DNA of 64,000 nucleotides from Candidatus Omnitrophota bacterium (GTDB lineage Bacteria > Omnitrophota > Gorgyraeia > Gygaellales > Profunditerraquicolaceae), in contig JAQUOV010000008.1 in NCBI GenBank assembly GCA_028716965.1, forward strand, positions 16,766 to 80,765. Direction: 5' to 3'. Of the stretch, positions 30,001-45,000 are shown piece after piece (position 1 is the stretch's first letter; each line of letters starts with the position of its first letter). Position numbers and translations under genes: made by a program. The notes beneath the pieces were generated by a model, which had not been told where the DNA came from, searched no databases, and was given only the letters and a program-made list of their open reading frames with translations.

Positions 30001-33000
30001 TATTGGCGATGGTTTTTTTCCTCGCCTCCAGTAGCCTTTGCGCCATATAAACAGCCGGGCGGAGGCGTCCAGCATTTTTTAGCCCCAGCTGCGTTAAAAC
30101 TATCTTTAACCCAAACCTAATGGCCCTATTTTCTAATACTATCGGCCTGCACTGTTCTGATACTAAACAGGTTATCTGTTTTGCGGTAAAATCTGTCTCC
30201 AGCACCTTAAGCGCTTTATCTATCCAAGCCAATTCTTTTACCTGGCTGTCTATCCTATGGCCAAGGCTGCGGAAAACATCTAAAAGGAACGAATAACTTC
30301 TGGGCCTGGATCGCCTGACTACCGCGATTTTTCCTTTTTCAAGCTCTTGACGTACCTGCTGGCCCTGCGGCACTTCATATTTTAGGACACCGGAATTAAA
30401 TCCTGCTGATTGAATACAAGGATAGGATCGCTTATCGCAATCAGCTAATTGTTTTGATAGTTCCATTAGGGATTCTAAGAGGGCGGCAAAGGCTGCCTGT
30501 TCGTTATTTCTTAAAGCAATCTCAAGGTTCTCATATAATTTAGCGCTTAAGCCGGCCGGCAGATAACCTTCCTTGGCAAGCTTTTGTAGCTGCTCGGTGA
30601 GTGCCTGAGCTTTATCATGAGAATCAAACAAGGGCGCCTGTCTGGGGTTGTTTAACCTCTCATACAATAACTCCATTAACCCCAAATATGCACTGCCTAC
30701 CATAGCTTGCCGCGCCGCGTAGGTGAGGCTGCTTATGGATGAACCGGCCCTATTGAGAATGCCCCTGTCCGCAAGGCTGCTGTTTGATTTCTCCTCAATG
30801 ATAGACATTTTCTCCCTAGAGATAAGAATCCGCACTAAAGTACCTGCATTATGCTTGCTTCTGTCTAATATCACAAAACTGTCAGGAGGAATATAAACTT
30901 TTGTTCTTCCCGAGAGCATTTTTATTTTTCTTGTTTCTATAACAATCAGGTTAGCCCACAGTTTATCAATCCATCCCCTAACCTTAAAAAGCCCTTCCCC
31001 CTTCCCCCCCAATACGTGTTTCTTTCCTTTCTTAGCGCTATCTAACTTTGCCTGCAGTACTTTTTCTAATGTATCGTCATCCAAGCCACAACCGTTATCT
31101 TCCACCTCCAATACAATATCACCACTGTCTTCCAGCACTCTTATTTTGAGCCTTCCCTGCCCTTCCACCAACTCTCCGTTCATCTGGGCTTCCGAAATAG
31201 CGTCAATGGCATTGTGAATAAGATGGCAGAATATCTCCTTTATTCCTGATATTCTTTCATGATCCAGGAATATATTCCCTGAAATTAGTGCTTTATTTAT
31301 CATTGCTTCGTCAATGACATTATCAAAAATAAATATCCACTGCCGATCCAAATTCCGTTCTAACGACAAGGTACTTTCTGGCCGGATAGAAATAACTGCT
31401 GAATATTCAAGCAACACTCTTGCACTTAGAGACCCGGTCCCGGTTTTTCTAGGTAAAAGAGGGGTGGAGGATAATAGCCTTTTAGAAACCTGACTGAAGA
31501 TTGGCGAAACATCCGGGTTGTTATTTAATTGGTTTAAATGGCTTAAAATCTCTTCTCTATCGGGCCTTAAACATAGGCTCTCCAGGAATTCAAAGATAAA
31601 CCCTGCCAGCCGCACCGGCTCCAAGATCCCGCTATGCTCCATAAAAGCGCAGGCGGCAATAAATTTCTTTATTTTCTCGGGATTATCCGCCGTCCGGGCA
31701 ATCTCAAGAAAAGCATCCATATAGCATAAATTCCTCATAAACCAACCGTTGATCACATCCGCAATCAGCACGGGCAGGTATTTCTGCCTGAACCGAAGAA
31801 ACCGGATCATTTCTTCACCCATCCTTGTCATCTGCCGTATGCCTTCCATTACCTTATCATCAACGATGATCCCTATTTCCCTGGTATAATCGCTTAAACT
31901 GCCGGGAATACGCTCAACAGCAAGGATTTTACCGGTAAGATAATTGTGCGCGCGGGGTGAAATTTCCGAGTCTATCCAATCGGAAGCCGCAAATGCCTGC
32001 ATAATAATGCCCATCCCTTCCCCTGCCTTATAGGGTACATGATGATAAGCAACAATTTTCTCACTGAAAGCGGTAAGCGGGTATCCGATCTCGGCGCATA
32101 TCTCAAGGGAATATTGGGGGTGGGCCTTCTTGGCATAGTTCAATTTTCTTTTTCCCAGCCTCTGCGGGTGATTAACCCTGCACAGCAAATCTTCCGCGGT
32201 CTTTCCTAGATCATGCACCAATGCCGCTGATCTTAAATCAGCAATAATTCTTTTGGAAAACCCTAAATACCTTCCTAACCAATCAACGATTCTGGCTACC
32301 GCCCTGCCGTGCGCTAAGATATGCGCACTTCCCGGAGGAAACGCCGAAAGCATCTCTTTCAATCTAGCAGACAGGGAATTACCGCTTAGAGGGCTGGATG
32401 ATAAAGAAAGGTTCTCTATGAACCTGCCGGCCGTGATGTACATGTTTTCCAGACCGCGGATTCTATCTTCGGAGGAAAAATTGCCCTGGTCCAGAAAATA
32501 TCCTATAAGCCGGCTTGCCTGATGCTTTTCGCTGCTCCTTAAAGGATGCTCCTTGGCCAGGCGAAGGTGCCAGTGCGGATTAAAGGGCTGCTGCCGTATT
32601 GCCTTGGCAAGTACATCCCTGGCGCAGCTATAATCATTCAAAATATAATTATAGAGCGAGGCCATTAGCTCATAAACCGGCATGAAGCTTTCTTCTGCCT
32701 CAATCAGTTTTTCTCCTGCGATCACCGCGAACTCAATACTGCCTAATCTCGCAAGCGACTGGATATCCTCCCACCGTCTTATAATACCGTCCTGCTTATC
32801 AAACAGCCGTATCTTAAAAGAAAGGTAATCGCGGAAAGAAACAAAACCGTAATTAAACATCTCCTGGCGGATAATTTCTATCGCGGAAATAACATCCTTG
32901 CCTGTTAATTTGATAACTTCGGCTAAACTTTTAAACTCTTGGCCATAGTTTTCTGAATCACTCCATCTGCTCATCAATTCAACCGCGTAAGGTTCAAAGA

Positions 33001-36000
33001 TATCTTTCTTCTCTTTCAACACTCGTAAAATATCTTCCCTTGAGAAATTATGAGGTATACATGAAATAATCCTGCTGACCATCGGGTCTGCTATGGGCAG
33101 CCTGAAAGAGCCGTCAACCTGAAACGCGTAATCCACATATTCAGGGTTGAATATATAGCTGCCCAGGGATTTAATGCCCATGCTCCCGATAGATAGCCCA
33201 TTCTCCGGGCCGGCTCTGTCGTAAAGATGGGGGTTATTTAACAGGCTTAAGTTCGTAAATTTGCTGCCGGCGGCATAGATAATGGCGGGATTTCTGTTCA
33301 CTGAATAACCTATCGGGAGGACATAGAAAAGCAGGAGCGACTCGGTAAGCTTTGGCATGAGGGAATCGGGGGTAGAAAGGATGATATTGTAAGTGGGATA
33401 AACCCCTTCCTCCAGGAATATTTTGTGGCGCTTAAGCATCCAATCAATGCCCTTATAGCCCTTACCCATGAGGAATGGCTGCGATATTTCATCCAAGCCG
33501 AAGTTGATATGATAGAAACCGGCTCTCTTTAATTCTCCGAGGAACTGGCGCAATACGAACTCATCCTCGGGAAGAGTATTCACATGCGCCTGCAGCACCG
33601 CGAAACGGAAAAACTTATCCAGGCCGTATTCTCTGATAAGTGAAATTAACTCTTCGGCCCTTTTTCGGTTGACAAAGAAATTGTCGTCATAAAAATTAAT
33701 GTTGATCTTATCTCTTAGGGGCATATTCAGTTCCAATATATCGATAAGCCATTCCTTTATGCCGGCAGCCCTGGCAAAACGGTGGCTTTTGCCGCCTACC
33801 ATATAAAAATTGCAGAAATTACAACTATTAACGCAGCCCCGGGAAGTTACCAGGTTATATTCATTTCCGATATGCTTAATTCTTGGGAGGGTTATCTCCT
33901 CCGTTAAATTAATTTGTTCTAAATGATGCGAAATAATTATGTCGCCCCATCGGATAAATAGCCCTTTGGGCAGCTTATTGCCTTTCCCGCTGAGAAAATC
34001 GATCAATTCCGGGGCGCAATATTCTCCGTCTCCCCGTAAGATAGCAAAATTGGCTCCATCCGGAAGCAAAGGCAAGATCTGATTAGGCATCCTGGTGAAG
34101 GGACCTCCCAGAATATAGAAAATCCCGTCATTCTCATCCGCCTTAATCAGTTCAATGAGCTCTAAAACAGATCTATCATAAGCTGAGATCCCGATAATAT
34201 TGGGATTGAAAATTTTTCTTTGGTTATATACCAGCGTATTTTTAGCTTGAAAGCCGCCAAAATCATCCTCTAACGCAACCGGGTAAACAGCGCTGTTGAT
34301 CCCGGCCTTTTCCAACCAGCGCTGCAGCAGGTCAAGCGGATATAAATTTTCATTTGCCATCGCCAGCAAAAGAACGTTTGGATCCCTTATTTTGCCCTTA
34401 AGCTGCGGAAGGATATCATGACTATCCGCGTAAATCTCCAAATCTTCTCCAAGCTTAAGTCCGCGCTCCCGCAATTTTAACAAAAGTTCATTTTGGCTTT
34501 TTGCGGCCGAATCCAATAATTCTACGATAGTCCCGTTTTCTAAACCCAGGCCATTTCTTAGCAGCTTGATCGCCCATGAACCCGGGATTGCCGTATTTTG
34601 CAGGGATACCGCCTTACCATTCCAAGCCGGAGCAACAACCTTTATAGCACCTTTCCTTCTTCCTTCAAGAGTTTCGCTAAACAACGATATTTTTTCTTTC
34701 AAGCGAAACATATTTTCTTGAATTTCTCTATCCTGCGAATATTGATATGCCTGTTCTGATAATTCCAGCGCCTCTATGAATTCAAATAAACCTTCCTTGA
34801 TCCGCGCTCTTAAAACCAGTGATCCGGGATATTCTCTGCTCTCCTCCGGCACCTGCTCTAAAGAACTTAATATCCTGTCCCAATTCCCCTCTCCCAGCTT
34901 AATTTCATATTTTTCTGCGAGCGAAGAAGCGCAGGCATTATTGCCAAAATAACCATAATCGCACTCAAACTCTTTCATAACTATTTTAATCGCCTGCTCA
35001 ACTGATTCCCGGTATTCCTGGCTCCTAAAATCTTTGACATATAGATAAGGGCCGATTTTTGGCTCAAATTTTTCATAAAGAAAACCGAATTTATGAAACA
35101 GTTTCTCAACCCGGGGGAAATATACGCGGAAATCCACGGCTTGCCTGCTTTGGGCATCTTTCAGCATGCAATACAACATAAATGAAGCGAAATCAACGCC
35201 AACGCAGCCACGGTCCTCTCTCGTAAATATATGATCGCTGCTTCTGCCTGCCTCGGCCCTCGGAGCTGCCTTCTCATTATCATAAATTATATTAAATGCC
35301 CCCTTAACAATTATTTCTTCTGCGGCCTTACTGATGCCATCTTCGGGCCTTACAATGGCATAATAGATAGCTTCTTCTTGGAAACGCTCAAAAACCTGCC
35401 TTCTCATCAAAAACAAACCTTTATTATTTCCGATATAGCCTATAAGCTTACCGTGGCAGTTTTCTTCCGGGACGGCTATGCCTTTTAGTTTTATGATCGG
35501 GCTGCCGCATCTTGCAAAGCTGCCAAAATGATTTCTTGCTGATCCCCGCACTCGTCCTTCGGCTTCAATCGGAGGAAGCAACAAGAATGGCTCGCCCTTT
35601 GTGCTGCGAAGAGGCAAAACATCCTGTTTTTGCCTGATAGAAGAAGATGCCTGTATATACCCCAACTCGCACAATTTGCGGAAGTTTTCTTCTCCTTCCT
35701 TCCCAATGATGAGATTCTTGTTTTGGATAATCAGCATCAAGTCATCAAACCACCCGGGCCGCTTCTTTTTCAGGTGATCAAGGAAATTTGTCCCGCTTGA
35801 AACATCGTATTTAATGTTATTCCCATTGACATCCGGGATGTTTTGAGAAAATATGTGCTTTAAAAATGAGGAAACGGAGATATTCATATTTACCTTAAGC
35901 GCCATATCAAACATCCTGCGGGCGTAAATACGCGCATCTTCGTTCTTTGCCAGGAACAGCCCCAGAACAAAAGGAATTATTTTCTCCCAGGTCCGTGTGT

Positions 36001-39000
36001 TCACTACCTCACTGATATATTCAGGTTCATCGAGTAAATCATTCATAACTAACTTGAATACTCCCCGGTCAAATCCTTGGGGCGTAAATAACCTCTCCAA
36101 AAATGCACGGTTAGCAGCATACTCTTCGGGCTTTGGATCCCCCTCGTGCATTTGCCGCCTTTCGGAAACAGGAACCTTTGGCGAAGACTTAGGATTATTT
36201 CCCGGCACCTTTTGCCTGGATGATTCCATGGCGGGAATAATATAAAGGCTGTCCAGAAAGTCTTCTTCGGTCAGACGCGGGTTAAGGATATCCCTTAATG
36301 CTGATTTTATACCTGCGTATCTATTGCCAAATTGGGCATTAAATAAATCCATAATAATACCGCCTGCGCCAAACCTCAGGATAAACTCCTTTTCCGAACG
36401 CACAAGACCAAGGTTATCTCTAAGAATTATGTCAATCACGTCAGCATGCGCGTCTATCTTGCTTATCAATGAATTCCTTAGGCAAATCAGCAGTTTTGTT
36501 ACCGCTATTTCAAGCCCTCTTCTTTTTAGGGAGAAGAGCTTTCTAAATACTTCATTAATCTCAGGCAAGTTTCTTTTAAAATAACTACCTCTTCCTTTAA
36601 GCTGCTTATAGACAGAATAGAGGCCCAAAGAATTAGCGATAAAAAGCGCTGTCCTGTATTCATCATCCTTCATATCCGGATAGCAGAGCCAGAGCGATTC
36701 CTTTATTCTGCCGAGTATTTCGATGGCCCTTTTCGGTTTATGCCTGTGATGATATAGCCTAATAAGTCTGTCATTTATCATTAAATCGGGATTCCCGGCT
36801 CTTACCGGCAAGACCACCAGCTTATCATCTTGATCTAATATTATTTTACCGTATCTATCCTTAACAAAACGGATGTATCTCGGTTTACAATCTATATACT
36901 TAATATATGTTTCTGCACCTAATAGCCCCTCTTTTTTGAATTTACCCAAATACCCGCCCTTAAAGAAATAGCCTTCTTTTTCGTCAACTTTCACCCCCGC
37001 AACAATAAATGTTTTCATCTTGTCAATCTTTGGCTGCGTAAGATAATCAATCACATCTATTATTCTGCCTTTTTCAAAGCTGTCCTCAGCGGCACCTTTC
37101 CTTACCTCATAAACAATGTACAATTTCTTAATTTGCACCACTTCCCCGTTCTTTTTTGCTTGGAATTCAACGGGATAAGCCAGCTTTTCATCCGGGTTAG
37201 GGTTAATTATGCGGGTTATATCCACATAATCCGCCTTTAATTCCGGGTCAAAACGTGACCAGCACCTTCCTGCTATACTGACGTAGGTCTTACTGATGGC
37301 ATAGTCGATTATTTGATAGGCATCATGATCAATCTGATTAAACTCTAAGGAATTCATATTTATAAAAGCAGTGGTATATTTCTGGTCAGAAATTCTGCGC
37401 ACTTTAGCTAACTCCCTCACCCTGGTTTCATTTTCAAAAGAAGCCTCCAGGAATTCAACTCTGACGATAAGTCCGTTCTGGATCCAAAGTTTTATTTTCT
37501 GGTGAGGACGAGTCGTAATCCTGAACCAGAGTTTTAAATTCTTAGGCATCTTTCCGTTATATAAAGGTCTTCCGCCCCCTAAAGTAACACCCCCTTCTGC
37601 ATCCGTATAGATATAAGTGAACACATCTTTAAGTTTTTTGAATCTTTCTTTAAGCACATGCCCACGATGCACTTTGAATTTGCGGCTTAATTTTTGAGTT
37701 TTGTTGTCAAATACCGGGAAATATTCAAACCCATATCCGTTATCAATAAAAAATATGCGCAGGGGAATCCCTTTTTCATTAAATTCTGCCTCATAATTCA
37801 TGCCTCCAAATTCAGGAAAATTTATGACAACTTCCTTCTTTATCAGCCTGTTATATATCTGTCCGCATTCAGGCATTGTCCCTTTTAAAACAAAATGGCC
37901 GCATTGCGTTAGATCTGAATATGCTTGTAATCCGCTTATATCTTTATATTTGATTTCTTTCCCTTTAAAAGAATAATGTGTTATTCTCCTCCAAATATAT
38001 TCCCTTAATTCTTTCTCATTTTCGGATATCCCTCCTTTTTTCTCCGGCCACAGCATTTTATTAAGAGTAATAAATACCCTGTTCTCCCATAATTGCTCTT
38101 CCTGTTCCAATAAATAGCTAACCTGGGGACTGGAAAACATGCTCATAAATAGCGCTCTATCCTGCTTGTTGAAAACTTTATTTTTGCGCAGACTTTCCAG
38201 AAAATGGTACAAATAATTTAGCCCTTCCTCATACATTCCCCTGCCGATAAGGGTGATTGAACTGTTGTATAAATAAGCGGCGCCGGAAGAAGAGACCCCA
38301 CCAGCCACGGTTGAGGAAGACTCTTGCTTTTTAGACCGGCGCCGCCTAATCCTTACAAAACCATCTATTTTTGGCGCGGCAATTCTGCTATTTTTAGAAA
38401 ACCCTCCTTCAGAAGAAAGGGTCTTTGATCCAACGAGAATATTGGCTTCCGGCTTTACCTTAATAATAACCTCCGGCAGGATAGCTTCTAAGTCTTCTTT
38501 ATTGTAAACTTCTAACTCACTCAATTCATTTATGACGGCGGTTATTTCTCTCCAGAAAAGTCCGGTATTAAATAATCTCTTCAATGTTTGTTCCATGATC
38601 TTATTATCTACCAGCTTATTTAACCCATCCAGCAGGCTGATAACCTCAAGCCACTGCGCATCCCTCTTGGTAGCCTCTATCGCCACACGTCCCAGGACTG
38701 ACAATTGGTGCATCTTTGGATAAAGCTCTCGAAAGAATAATACAAGCGGCATTCTAATGCCTCCGCCTTGGCTCAAAATGTCACCTACCTTATCGAGCCC
38801 CCATTCCCCGATTTCCGCGTATTCCAGGAGCTCTAAAATGAAATTATTAGTGAGCCGGCATCCTGCTAATTCCGGATACCGGGACAAATACGGTTGCACT
38901 ATTCTGTGTTCTTCCTCAGCTAAAACACCCTGCCTGCGTTTTTCTCTTTCCAATTCTTCCCGCTCTTTCTCATACTCTTTGATTTCGCATTCCATAACGA

Positions 39001-42000
39001 GATTATCGGCCAAATGGAAAAATCTTTCCGCTTGTCTACGCGCTGATTCAATCCTCGTGAATATTCTTTCTTTTTGTTGCATCGCACCTCCAGGGCTGAT
39101 AACCCAGCCGAATGCCTCTTCCATATCCAAGTTATATTGCCTGGCTGCGTCAGCCTGTTCAACTCTTATTTTTTCATCTAACTCATCTACCAGCGGAAGT
39201 ATAATGCTTCTGGTTTTCCCTTTTCTCAAATAATCGCTTTTCTTTAGCTCCTTAAGAAAGCTTCCTGCTTCGCTTAACAGAGCGAGGCTTAATTTATCAA
39301 TATTATCCCTAAGGAACTCCAGGCAGGAATGGAACCGTTCATAATCTTCCTTCCTGGTTCTTTTTGAGCTTACCAAATTCAATTCACCGCGAAGGAACTT
39401 AACAAGTTTCCCGCTTTCCAAGCCTGCCTCAAGATATGCGGGAATTAACTCCTGATCATAAGGAGTCACCTCCAATGCCTTCCCCAGGATATATCTTACC
39501 CAGCTATAGTATGAGGGCGACGCCCGCGGAGCTTGCTCTTCTCCTAGAATAAATAATGACTTGCCGATCATTTCATAAATCAGGCGTTTTTGGAGCATAC
39601 CGCTTAGATAAGGCAGTAAAAGGTTTGAAATTTTTAGGGCTTTTGCATAATCTTGCGCTTCGATGTATTCTCCTGCCATAAATAAAAGAATGCGTTCAAG
39701 GGCTGCCTTTATATCCGGGGCGATATCAATAAACTCTAATGCACCCAGGAAATCCAATAAATTGCTCTCCATTATTTCAGGATGTATTACAGATGCCTGT
39801 TCTTCTTTCTGGAAAATATCCCTGCTAATTTCATTTAAGCTTTTCAAGTAATATTCCTTACATCTCTGGTGCTCCTGCTTGAGATAATATACCTTGGCTG
39901 TTTCCAGATAAATGTTAGCCAGCCATTTTCCGGGGAGAGAATCATATAGTTCAATGGCCAGGGCTTCGGCTTCCTCTAATAACGCAATTGCCTTACCAGG
40001 ATCTTCCTCGGAATAGCTGTATGTTTCACTTAGCCCCAGCAAGGCCTTTATTTTGTAAGCCCCATGGACATGCGGCAACGCCCTTTCTAAATATCTCCTC
40101 CCCTGGGCGTAGTTACCCAGTTTTAAGCAGCAAATCCCTGTTTCATATATTGCCCCAAAATGGAAAGGCTCAATTTCTAAAACCCTGAGAAAATTAGCAT
40201 ATGCTTCCCTGTACTTTTCTTCATATTCATAAATATGGCCTTTTAAAAGATACATATTTACTTCCTGAGATTCAATCCTCTGGAGGTTTTCCAGCCTGGC
40301 GCGCGCGTCTTTCATTTTCCCGGATTCTTTCTTTAGCTTCCTGAAATCCGACGCTGCGCTATTCAGGTACTCCCATACTGCTTGAGGAGTTCCTCTTAAT
40401 TCATATTGCGCCCTAAGATAAATAATGTTGGCTAAAGTCAGGTAGCACTGGCCTTCCACCATAAGATTTCCTTTTGCCGATTCTAAAGCCTTTTCCACAT
40501 AACCGGCTCCCTTTGCGTAATTATCCAAACAAGCCAAACAGGTGCCTCCTACCACGTAGCAATTCCTCAATAAGATGAGCCCATCTTCTTCTAAGGGCTC
40601 CCCTCTCTTCAATATATTTATTATTATGTTGTAATATTGTAATGCTTCCGGGTATTTCTTCTCGTTCTTCAGGTCCGTTGCGGTTTTATAGAGATCATCC
40701 AACATTGCTTTATTAATGCCCAGGGGAGAATTAGCTTTATTATTATTGTTATTTATCCTTGAAAGGACGCGGAACTTGCCGTTTCCTTGAGGATTATCCC
40801 CCTTTTCCCTTGTTTCTCTCTCCCCGGGAGAAAGATGCTCCGGAGGAAGATCGGCATACCTGGCCTGACCGATAAAATGATACAGGCCTGTTTTTAAAGG
40901 TTTTACGCTTCCGGTAAAGACAAAGTTATTTTTATATTCTCCTCCTTCAATACAAACGAGCCTAAGGTCAACGACTTTTGGCTCAAGCCATTGGCCTTCT
41001 TCGCCAACCAGGCTATATCTGATCTGGGCAGTTATTTTTTCGGCAACGACAACCCTGCCCGCATAATCCTCCTCTTCCATAAACGGCATATATACCTGTA
41101 TCTCAAAATTGATTGTCTCGCCTAGAACGATCTCCTCCAAATGGTTAGACCTGGGGACCATTCCTATCCATTCAATATGCGTACGCAATATGCCCCAGGC
41201 ATTCTCCAGCTTATCGAACCCTATTTTTAAATCATTTTTCAGATCACCAAGGACTTCAGCCTTTAATCCGAGGGCCTCAAATAACCCTACATCATCGCAT
41301 AAAGCAAGTATCCTCTCTCTGTTTTGCAGTAATTTCCCGCTTTCAGAAACCATTTTCTTTATTTTAGGGTATATCTTGTCTAATCTTTTTTCATCAAGCC
41401 ATCCGGCGATTTCTTTTCGGGCCCCATCTAAAGAAATAATCTTTTCCAGGGCTTCTTTAAATTCATTAATTTGCTCTGAATCTTCGGCCAGTTTAGCGCT
41501 ATAATCAATATTTAATTTCTTAGCCCCTCTCCTTAACCAGGAGCCCACAATTCTTCCGAAGTTATTAAAATTATGTTCTACTTCAAAAAACTTCAGCATA
41601 TTCAGCCCCAGGTGGATTTCTTTCCTTCTTTCTTCGTCGGTTTCATGGTTAAACAAAATATGCAGCAATTCCCTCACAAAATTATTATCATAATAATGCC
41701 TGAATTTCCCTGTCCAAAGCGTTTCCATGAATTCATTGCGTATATCAGCATCTTTATGCGTGGTAATCAGAATAAGCTCATTCCAGGCGGACTTTTTGAA
41801 TGCTCCCTCGTCAAAATACTTAAATAGCCGCAACAAGGCCATTCTCCTGAGGTAAAGCATATATGCCTTACTCCTGAACATCCTTCCCAGGCCGTTGATT
41901 TTGTTATTAATTAACCTCGGAAGCTGATCATCGCGGATTGCGTAAACATCGTCTAAAATCCACTCCGCTATCAATATCAAAATTAATTCATTTATTTTCC

Positions 42001-45000
42001 CCGAATTTTGAGAGTAAGAAAGTATCCTGTATCTGGGATGAGCATCTTTTAACTGCTTCATAAATATCTCTGCCAAGGGTTCATCCAAAATCTTTAATTC
42101 CTCCAAGGTAACTCCCAACCCCGCGGCCCTTTGCTCTCTAGGGGCTTCAAAATAAAAAACCAGGCCTTCTTTCAAGGCAAAAGGAACTTCTTTGATCTTA
42201 ATAACTACTCCGTTGTATTTATAATTCTTTATGATTTCTGTCCTCAGCTCTAAGAGATAGCACGCCAGGCGCTCCCTTACTCCCTCGTAAGATGAAAATA
42301 TCCCAAAAATACGCGCGTTATCTCTTTTCGTCTTAATTATTTCGTCCCGGAAAATCAGGCTTAGCTTTTCCTGATCAAGCTTAGCGTTATATTTCATTGT
42401 GGTGTCTTCATTATCTATTATGATCCTGCCGTCCTCTTTAAACCTTAAACGCCCCGCCAGCAAGAAATCCTCCACGTAATTAACGCATTCATCTTCGCTG
42501 ATTACTTTATTCGGATTATCGCTGATTACCTCTGCCCAGAACTTGTCAAAAATCGCATCCATTATAAAATCGGCATTTATATAATATAGGCCCAGTTCGC
42601 CGGCCAGCAGGCGGCAATGTACTCTTACCTTTGAACCATCCAGCCCGCTTATGGTAACACTTAATGGCCGGGGGAATACCTTGGGCCTTTTAATAATGTC
42701 AGGAGAGGCATTAACGGGAAGTCCGAATTTTATAACCAATCCCCCTTCTGACGGGCAATGCGCCCGGGCATAACCTCCGACTTCAGATGTGTTTCTTTCC
42801 ACTGAAGATAAACCTATGCCATACCCGGGCACAGCCTCTTCACCGAGTCTTTCTCGATGATGGAATATATTACAGAGATCTTTTTCTCCCACGCCTTTAC
42901 CGTTATCCATGACGGAAAATTCAACAAAACCATTCTGCCTGTTTACCGATAACTCCACATGTATCTCTAAATCCGCCTTGCCCATATTATGTTTAAAGGC
43001 ATTATTAAATATTTCCCACAGGTTTCTTTCAATAACATCAAAATAGGTAAATAGTTTTAGGCTTGTATCCAAGCCATCTCTAAATTCAAGGAAGACCTTT
43101 ACATTCTTATGCAAACCCGTAAATCTTTCTCCCACGTTCTCTACCGCCAGCTTCAGGTTAAAGAAATTTGCGGAACGTCCGAAGAAATAACCGGCGAAAC
43201 GCAGCATTGTTTCGTTCTCTTTTATAATATAATCAACGGCCAGTCCAATCTTCTCCGAGATTATTGTTTCCGGGTATGCCTGCTCAATCTTTCTTAAGGC
43301 AGGGATCATATTTTCCAATTGCTTAAACCCGTCATAAATATCCTTTACCAGCACCTTTGCGTCCTCCTCCGTAACCAGGGGAATTATTTCCTTGCTCAAG
43401 GCCAGGTGCATATACTCTTCAATGAGGGCAAGGATTCCCTCGGCCAGATTATGGGATTGAGCTAAAACATTCTGGAATTCTTTGCTTCCGGGTATAATCT
43501 CGCCGCTAAAATGCCCCTGCCAGGTTTCAGGATTAAGGCAGTGCGCGATTGACTGCATGACGCTTCTTTGATGATGGATTATATCCTGAGTTTCCAGGCT
43601 TGAAAATTTAAGAGAAGAAGAACTTCTTCCTTTGTATTTTATCTTCATATAGGCGGCCAGATTATTAGCAACACTCCAGGCCTGCGCATCGCATCCGCGT
43701 GGTGAATGCGGAAAATTACCGTCCGTAATTTCTGAAACACTGCCTACTCCCGCATAGGAAAGGTGCTCTTCCAGGGGGGCAAAATAAGACAACACGTAAT
43801 CAACATGCGCTTGAGCCTCCCCGAAAGCCTCTATATAAGCCAACGCCCAATCTCCGAACAAATGAGGCCAGGATGTGCCGTTATGGTAAGCTGGTTTTCT
43901 CTGCGTATCCTCATCTCCCCAGTAATGCCCCTGATACTGATAATATTCTCCGGGAAGATAATCTTCAGAAAGCGTCCTTAAACCGCAAGGCACAAGAAGC
44001 TTCCTTTCAACGATCCTGACCACTGCTTTTTTCTTCTCTTCGCTTAGCAAGTCTCCCGCCAATACCGCGATAACCTGATTCGGCCGTATTGAGAAATCCT
44101 TCTTTCCTTCGCAGGCGACCTGCGCCCATTCCGCTTCAATACAATCAACTAAATAACCGCCCTCCTGCCCTGTCCAGAACAAACGATTGAAATTATCCCT
44201 CGTTTCCTCGGCAATCAAGTCTAAACTTAATGCTTTCTGTAAACTATTTTCTCTCTCAAATACCCAAGCCGCAAATCTTAACGCCTTATACCAGCGGGCG
44301 TTATTTTCAACGGTGAATCCTTCCCGGGGAGTGCAGGCGGGGTAATTCGTATCCATCCAGGTAAAATGCGATGGAGACCAGATCAGCTTAGAATGATTGT
44401 CCATATGAATACCGTTGCGCGTGCCTCTTATATAGCCGTCAATAATAGATTCGATCACGCCGGCGACGGTCCTTAAACCTACTCTTTCTTCAAGGACTGA
44501 GGCGTCCCCTGTCGCATCGATAAAGCTTTTAACGGATAGGATATAGAGCAAAGGGGCGTCTACGGTATCCCAATTACCCGCGGTCTTGCCCATAATAATA
44601 TTGGGCAGCATCCCTTTATCCTCAAACCTTCCGAAAGCAAGTAATAATTTCTTAGCGATATCATTCATTCCCGCTTCCAGTATGCCGTCAAAACAAATAA
44701 ATGTGTCCCTTCCCCAATCAGAAAACCACGGATAGCCCGCGATAACAGTGGAAAACTCGTAACGCTTGGCGATAAATTGCCAAAGACCCAATACCATTTT
44801 TTGCGTAAAAGAGTCATTTTTTGCCGCATCATAAGGGATCTGAGCAAGCCTTTCTTCCTGCAGGCCGATAAGCTCATTAATCATATTGCCGACTTCTGCT
44901 TCGCCGTATTGAAGATCGGCCGTGATGGCGTCATAGCTCATAAATACCAGGCTAAAACGTTCTCCATTCTTAAGGGCCGTATCAAAAAAACCGGGACTGT

